NCBI GenBank assembly: GCA_048886185.1
Contig: JBHLKY010000009.1
Coordinates: forward strand, 150,001 to 182,000
DNA: 32,000 nucleotides
Reading direction: 5' to 3'
DNA from: Candidatus Hermodarchaeota archaeon
GTDB lineage: Archaea; Asgardarchaeota; Heimdallarchaeia; Hodarchaeales; Hodarchaeaceae
Part shown: piece by piece, positions 26,547-32,000 of the stretch
Position numbering within the stretch: position 1 is the first letter of the stretch
Layout of the letters: every line of letters starts with the position of its first letter
The notes under the pieces: generated by a model
Database searches by the model: none
Seen by the model: the letters and a program-made list of their open reading frames with translations, nothing else
What the model was told of the DNA's origin: nothing
Position numbers and translations under genes: made by a program

Positions 26547-26771
26547 TTACTTAGTTGCGGCTAATCGAATATCTGGTTCTTGAACAGTCTTTCGCCCAGA
26601 ATGCTGGGCAATCTCAATAGCGTACTTTGCTATATTTGTCGAATACTCTGTTAAGATCTCATTTAACCTGTAAGTAGCGTCAGCAGAAACACGAAAAGCT
26701 CCTGCATCTCGTATAACTTTTTCTACACGGGCACTTGCGAAACCCGCTTTTCTTTTTGGTCTTTTGGCCAT
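26547..26771 (-). CDS. Archaeal histone (HMfA/B-type fold) with short basic N-terminal extension
   Basis: RDAGAFRVSADA, HSGRKTV, DIRLA align without gaps to HMfB; GGTGA SD 6 nt upstream. Confidence 0.97.
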   Translation of the reverse strand: MAKRPKRKAGFASARVEKVIRDAGAFRVSADATYRLNEILTEYSTNIAKYAIEIAQHSGRKTVQEPDIRLAATK

Positions 26772-26848
26772 GATATTTCACCTTTTCTCTCTTTAAAGTT
26801 TCTGTGAGTTTTTCAATAAGCTCACAATTTGCACATGTGTGTTCAATA

Positions 26849-26856
26849 TTTATAAA
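26849..26856 (-). promoter_or_regulatory. Probable TATA box of the histone gene
   Basis: TTTATAAA 78 bp upstream of the ATG. Confidence 0.55.
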
Positions 26857-27686
26857 TCTTGCTCTTATTCTGCTAAAGGGAGATAAATGTTATGGGTTAT
26901 TTTAATGCTATAAACGGTCAAGTTCTAGTTGGAAAGGGTTTGATAAAAGCCTAAATATCTAATTTTAGACTTTCTATCAGAATTAAGCCATCTAAGAGAT
27001 CATTTAATATTATAAGAGTAATTTGGATCTGTTTCAATGAGTCGTCCTTTTCTTCATACTTCTGTACTGCTTGAAATATAACTTAAACAGCAATTAGTGA
27101 GAGTTCTCAAAAGGGATATAGTTCTCTTACATTAAATACTGTTTATTTTAAAGTAGAAACCTTTGAATGAAATTTTTATTGGATTAAGACTGTTTAATTT
27201 TAAATTTTTTTTAATAATGGATATTTAACAATGATAAACAAACAATAGCTCTTTGAAATAGTGATAAAATTGTGACTGGAGTTAATACACACCACAATCT
27301 GCTTAAAAGCGATAAAGAGTAAAGGTTTCTAGAATCTCTCTCTCCTCTGTTCTACGTAAAAACTCTTTAGTAAAATGGCGTAAGCTCTTTTATCTTCTAG
27401 TTTTGTATTGTTATTAATATTCGAGTTTTATTTCTGTAAAGTTGTGATTAAGTATAAAAATAAAAAATTCTTATTAATCCGAAGTCTTTACTCTGAAGAA
27501 CTAACATTAGAGTTTGATTTCATGCCTAGTTCAGATCTAAGAACAAATATAAAAAAATTATTTTCAAAAAAGAAATAATAATTTCCCTCAAAAAAAGAAA
27601 CAACTGAAACAAGAAACGCTGTAGGATTGTAAAGAAAGAAGAGCTTAAAGATCATCTGAAAGTTCTCTTTCTCTTTTTGTAGGGAT

Positions 27687-28214
27687 TTATGCCACAATTA
27701 AAGTGAGAGCATAGAAAATTATGGAACTTAGAATTATTGTGATGATTACTGCCAAAATGACGCTAATAATTGCTGTGAAAGCACCTTTTCCAATTGCAAC
27801 CATTAAAACATAAATTGAGACTGCAATAAGATATAAAATGAGTATAAACCATAAAATAAACCAGTCTGGTAGGAAATAAAATATCAAAGCAATCATCCAA
27901 GTAATTGGAACTGTAAATCCCATAACCCTTAGAATCTCTCCAAATGACGTTTCACCTCCAAGGAGATTACCAATGATTGCGATACTAAAGTAAAGAATTA
28001 TGGTGGTTGTAAATGCCCAAAAAGTTTCTTGAATGACCTCATTTAAGGGGGGATTTAGTCCTGTTCCTGGACCAAAATATGAAGACAGAAAGATTATAAT
28101 TGCTTCAATAATTAAAAAAAACCATGCAAATTTAGTTAAGGTTTCAGTTTGTTCAATTTCTTCGACTGATGATCTTCGAAAGAAAGCAGTCCCAAAAATT
28201 AACTTCAATACCAT
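27687..28214 (-). CDS. Yip1-domain membrane protein
   Basis: About 5 TMs; LLGGETSFGEILRVMGF matches the Yip1 LGGxxSFxxxLxxxGY/F signature. Confidence 0.8.
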   Translation of the reverse strand: MVLKLIFGTAFFRRSSVEEIEQTETLTKFAWFFLIIEAIIIFLSSYFGPGTGLNPPLNEVIQETFWAFTTTIILYFSIAIIGNLLGGETSFGEILRVMGFTVPITWMIALIFYFLPDWFILWFILILYLIAVSIYVLMVAIGKGAFTAIISVILAVIITIILSSIIFYALTLIVA

Positions 28215-28252
28215 TTAAATCACTTCTAAAAAGTTTGATAATAAAGCTCTAT

Positions 28253-28270
28253 TAAAATATATATATTTTA
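28253..28270. promoter_or_regulatory. AT palindrome, probable TATA element of the Yip1 gene
   Basis: TAAAATATATATATTTTA, a perfect 18-bp palindrome 39 bp upstream of the ATG. Confidence 0.4.
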
Positions 28271-28628
28271 CGGGTTTTGATTATCCCTTAGTAAATATTT
28301 CAATCTGTTTTACATCATAAAACAAGGAAATTTATTCAGGTTCTTTTTTTAATGTTTATGAAATATAGTAGTCTGTATTACTTCTATTAGATTAGAAAAA
28401 AAGGAAAAAACGACTATGTAAGACTCAGTTTTTAAATTTAATTTAACTTTACTCTGTTTTCACTCCCTTTTTATTCATTAGTTATCCAGCTTGGATATGG
28501 TTTGATAGATATTCCTTACATCCATCGTTTTCGTGGCTTAAATGTTTTAATGAATAATGGAAGAATTTTAAGATCGTAAGAAAAACACTTTAAAAAAGTG
28601 GAACGCGGATGTTAATGAGGTAGTTAAA

Positions 28629-29540
28629 ATGAAGATAAAGAAAAGTCAACTCGTTTTCTCGCTATTCTTTTTAATGATCATTTTAATTCTAGTTTCTATC
28701 CACAATCTTGGATTTGATGAGTCTCTGGCTACCAGTATTGATAAAGCCACTGAACTTGGAGCTTATGATACTCTTTTCTTGTTATTTATCCAATTACTTA
28801 TCTGGATATTTATTGCCATGGTGTTATTATTGATTTGGAGCTCCATGCTGGAAGCTTTAACCTCAAGAATGACTAAGACCGTCATCAACACATTAAGAGT
28901 ACTAGGAAGAATGATAATAATCCCATTTTGTATCATTGCCTATTTAAACAATTTTCCTGCCTTCCAAGGCACATTATTAGGAATCTCTGCTATTTTAGGA
29001 ACTGCAATAGGATTCGCATCAACAACAACTATGGGGAATTTCTTAGCTGGGCTTTATATTATGGCTACACGCCCTTTTTTGATTGGTGATTATATAATTC
29101 TTCCTGATAGTAAAGTTGAAGGACGGGTTAAAGAAATCACCGTAAATTATACTAAAATAACATTACCTACTGGTAATACTATATTGGTATCAAACAGTAA
29201 ATTTTTAGGGCAATCTATCATTAATACAAGAACAACGGAAGATCATCTAATCCTTAAAAAAGATCAACGAAGAAGATTTGTGTACCCTTTGATGTGGGGA
29301 GCTAATTCAGATGAAAAATATACATGGGCTGACGAAGCTATTAAAAAAACAGGTGAAGAATTTAATGAAAGACTATCTGAACCTATTACATGGTATATTT
29401 ATTCACGTAATAGATTAGATAAAATCCATCAGATCAACTTAGTTTCTGATAGTGCAACCAAATTATTGGAAATTACAGGGGACTTCATGACTGCGTTGAC
29501 AAAGAATTATGATGAGATCAGAGATAGGTATAAAGTATGA
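28629..29540 (+). CDS. MscS-family mechanosensitive channel
   Basis: GTAIGFA..MGNFLAGLYIMATRPFLIGDYI, EGRVKEITVNYTKI; GAGGT SD. Confidence 0.9.
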   Translation: MKIKKSQLVFSLFFLMIILILVSIHNLGFDESLATSIDKATELGAYDTLFLLFIQLLIWIFIAMVLLLIWSSMLEALTSRMTKTVINTLRVLGRMIIIPFCIIAYLNNFPAFQGTLLGISAILGTAIGFASTTTMGNFLAGLYIMATRPFLIGDYIILPDSKVEGRVKEITVNYTKITLPTGNTILVSNSKFLGQSIINTRTTEDHLILKKDQRRRFVYPLMWGANSDEKYTWADEAIKKTGEEFNERLSEPITWYIYSRNRLDKIHQINLVSDSATKLLEITGDFMTALTKNYDEIRDRYKV

Positions 29541-29671
29541 AAGCTTAAACCTACTCTTGTTCTGGCAATAGAGATCTTTTTTTGTTAAAGTCTTGAAATA
29601 AATGGATTTGAGGAGTAATAACTTCTCACTCTTCTCCTTTTTCTCTTCACTAATATGAATCAACTTCACTT

Positions 29672-30715
29672 CTATTTTTTGGATATAATAACTGATGTTG
29701 GGAATGGAATATCAATTCCTTCTTGCTGATATCGTTCAAAGAGATTTTTAATAAATTCATGTCTTATCTTGGCTCTATCACGTAAATTTTTTGAATAGAT
29801 ATTTACAAAAAAATCAATACTTGAGGGACTAAATGTGTGATACCGAATATAAGGTTGTATTGATGGTAATTCTCCTTGAACTTGTTTCACAGTTTTCAAA
29901 GCAACCTCAACAGTTATCTGTTCAACCAAACTAAGATTACTATCATAACCGACACCAACAGGTACAGTCAACGCTGTTTCTTTTTCAGACACTCCAAAAT
30001 TCGTCACAGTAGCCGTTGACAGTTTAGAGTTTGGGATTATTATATCGTACTTAGCCGGGGGACGAATAATTGTATGTCTCCATGTCATATCTGTAATGTA
30101 TCCTTCTTCACCAGAATCAAGTTTGATGTAATCTCCAATTTTAAATTCTCTTGATGCAAGAAGATAAACACCAGCAAAAAAATTTGAAAGTGTTGGTTGA
30201 AGTGCTAAAGCAACAGTTAGGCCCCCTACTCCGAGTAATGTTAATAATGGTGTGATATCAATCCCTAGTGATTGAATAATGATGAGAAATCCAAGCAAAA
30301 GGTAAATAAAATTCATCAAATTAGTCACAATTGAGGTAGCTGCCAATGCTCCTTCTGTTTTACCCGCATAATGCATTACAAAGCCACTGGTAACTCTAGC
30401 AAATATTAAAAGGATTGATAGAGTAATTAAAATGAATATAACATCAACAAATAAATCTGAAGTATCAGCACCTAATAAATATTCGAAATCAATGGTAAGA
30501 ATAGCACCATAACAACCCATCATTAGAAACCAGAAAATTGGAATTCCGCGAAAAGCCTTAACAATTATTTCAACTCCTTTCCATTTTGCTTTACTTAAGA
30601 CTCTTCTAAATCGTGCAAAAACTATAATTTCCAGAATAAACCCAAGAAATAATCCTCCAATTATGAAAGCAAGCGCAATAATCATTTGTTCTTGAATCAA
30701 AGTTTGCTTTATCAA
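29672..30715 (-). CDS. MscS-family mechanosensitive channel
   Basis: LGVGGLTVALALQPTLSNFFAG, FKIGDYI, GYITDMTWRHT, IIIPNSKL, GIDIPFP. Confidence 0.95.
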   Translation of the reverse strand: MIKQTLIQEQMIIALAFIIGGLFLGFILEIIVFARFRRVLSKAKWKGVEIIVKAFRGIPIFWFLMMGCYGAILTIDFEYLLGADTSDLFVDVIFILITLSILLIFARVTSGFVMHYAGKTEGALAATSIVTNLMNFIYLLLGFLIIIQSLGIDITPLLTLLGVGGLTVALALQPTLSNFFAGVYLLASREFKIGDYIKLDSGEEGYITDMTWRHTIIRPPAKYDIIIPNSKLSTATVTNFGVSEKETALTVPVGVGYDSNLSLVEQITVEVALKTVKQVQGELPSIQPYIRYHTFSPSSIDFFVNIYSKNLRDRAKIRHEFIKNLFERYQQEGIDIPFPTSVIISKK

Positions 30716-30792
30716 GCTTACTAACCTCTATAACTAAAACATTGCTGATCTATATTCCCAAACAATTTATTATTAAAGGGAATGTACATCGG

Positions 30793-31941
30793 TTATAACC
30801 AACCTTTTTTCCAAAAATAACTTAACATGATTATAGCAACTAGTAGCATTAAAGAAAGAGCCATAGGGTAACCAAAAGACCAAGCTAATTCAGGCATTAA
30901 ATGAAAATTCATTCCATAAATACCTGAAATTACTGTCATCGGGATAACAATTGTAGCGATGATGGTTAGCACTTTCATTACTTCATTCATTTTATTACTA
31001 ATACTGGAAAGATAAATATCAAGCATACCTGAAACAATATCTCGGAGCGTTTCTACTGTATCGATCACTTGGATTGTATGATCATAAACATCTCTAATGT
31101 ACTTCTGGGTTTCAGGTTGTATCAATACTGATCCCCCACGTTCTAGTCGACTAATTAATTCTCTTAAAGGCCACACAGACTTACGAATGAATATAATATT
31201 AGTTTTTAGAGAATGTATTGTCTGAATTGTCTCAGTTCCTGGAGTGGTAACTACCTCTTCTTCCAAAAATTCAATGCGTTCACTCAATCTTTCTAGAATC
31301 AAAAAGTAATTGTCTACAATAACATCAATTAATGCATAAAATAGATGATCGGCACCATAGGATCGAATTTTCCCTTTTTTCCCTTTTATACGTTCGCGAA
31401 TAGGATTAAATACATCCTCAGGTCTTTCTTGAAATGATAATACGTAATTTTGTCCAAGAATTAAACTAACTTGTTCAATGACAACACTTTTTCGTTCCTC
31501 ATTGTAATTAAGCATTTTTAACACTATATAGAGGTGATTTTCATAATCATCAATTTTTGGCCTCTGGTCTGTATTGAGAATGTCCTCTAATAACAAAGGA
31601 TGTAAATTAAAATGTTCTCCAAACTTTTCTAAAATTGAAGTGTCATGAAGTCCATCCATATTGACCCATGTTATAGTAGGCTTTAACTTAAAAGGTAGAC
31701 ATTCTTCTACTGTCTTAACCTCTTTTTCCTCATAATTTATTTCGTCATAATCTAATACTGTTATCCTTGTCTCTTCTATTTTTTTACGGCCAACAAAAAT
31801 TGGAGTACCAGGAGGAAGTCCTACCTTCTTTTTTCTTTTTTTAATAATTGCAGGTAATTTTTTTGATCTTCCCTTTTGTAATAGCTGGGCCATTAGATTT
31901 GATCTCCTTGTACATTTTTCAATTTTGCTTTTGAATAACAA
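30793..31941 (-). CDS. corA: Magnesium/cobalt transporter CorA
   Basis: GLPPGT, QRPKIDDY, MNEVMKVLT, GIYGMNF signature, MPEL; the real start is probably ATG 31893 or nearby. Confidence 0.97.
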   Translation of the reverse strand: MLFKSKIEKCTRRSNLMAQLLQKGRSKKLPAIIKKRKKKVGLPPGTPIFVGRKKIEETRITVLDYDEINYEEKEVKTVEECLPFKLKPTITWVNMDGLHDTSILEKFGEHFNLHPLLLEDILNTDQRPKIDDYENHLYIVLKMLNYNEERKSVVIEQVSLILGQNYVLSFQERPEDVFNPIRERIKGKKGKIRSYGADHLFYALIDVIVDNYFLILERLSERIEFLEEEVVTTPGTETIQTIHSLKTNIIFIRKSVWPLRELISRLERGGSVLIQPETQKYIRDVYDHTIQVIDTVETLRDIVSGMLDIYLSSISNKMNEVMKVLTIIATIVIPMTVISGIYGMNFHLMPELAWSFGYPMALSLMLLVAIIMLSYFWKKGWL

Positions 31942-32000
31942 TAAAGAGTTACAATGGATCAGGGCGTTGTATAATGATAGTAGTGTTTATTTTAGTGGAA

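Noticed and set aside
26922-26939. ORB-like string as evidence for a replication origin
   Set aside because: Single imperfect match, no inverted partner and no orc1/cdc6 gene in the window; not called as a feature
27488-27697. 69-aa Phe-rich ORF
   Set aside because: Translation of A-tracts downstream of the Yip1 gene; low complexity, no SD, overlaps the Yip1 stop
17096-29669. Short ORFs 17096..17296, 20886..21200, 22832..23074, 23388..23621, 24232..24477, 28033..28218, 29463..29669
   Set aside because: Overlap real genes; composition reflects the host frame or AT-rich sequence
1-32000. CRISPR array, tRNA/rRNA genes, IS elements
   Set aside because: No regularly spaced repeats, cloverleaf or T-loop signatures, transposase motifs or terminal inverted repeats found by eye

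Overview
AT-rich archaeal chromosomal window, most likely from an Asgard archaeon (Heimdallarchaeia/Hodarchaeales-like). This is an inference from the archaeal histone, TYW1, the COG1340-type coiled-coil protein, GGTGA/GAGGT Shine-Dalgarno sites, TATA boxes and oligo-U terminators. It holds about 30 protein-coding genes: pyrG, flavin reductase, UbiA prenyltransferase, DMT transporter, PHP phosphoesterase, an N-terminally extended EutA-like ATPase, long-form HtpX, nitrilase-family hydrolase, HdrD/GlpC-like Fe-S protein, nitroreductase-fold protein, CheW-like protein, histidine kinase, wHTH regulators, TYW1, HAD, GH57, M20 peptidase, histone, Yip1, two MscS and CorA. I saw no tRNA, rRNA, CRISPR array or transposase. 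Highlights not in the ORF track: (i) two adjacent hypothetical genes share an ungapped ~62-aa PC4/PUR-like domain, one bare and one fused to a long disordered linker and a basic C-terminal helix; (ii) an internally deleted, frameshifted Cys/Met PLP-lyase pseudogene lies in the 5.0-5.5 kb gap; (iii) an orphan CheW sits next to a MEDS-like non-CheA histidine kinase; (iv) an orphan EutA with a Zn-ribbon-like fusion lies behind a wHTH gene whose upstream region carries a duplicated 12-bp TATA-linked motif; (v) the histone has a short basic N-tail and a charge-swapped stacking pair. All family assignments are by motif recognition, not database search.
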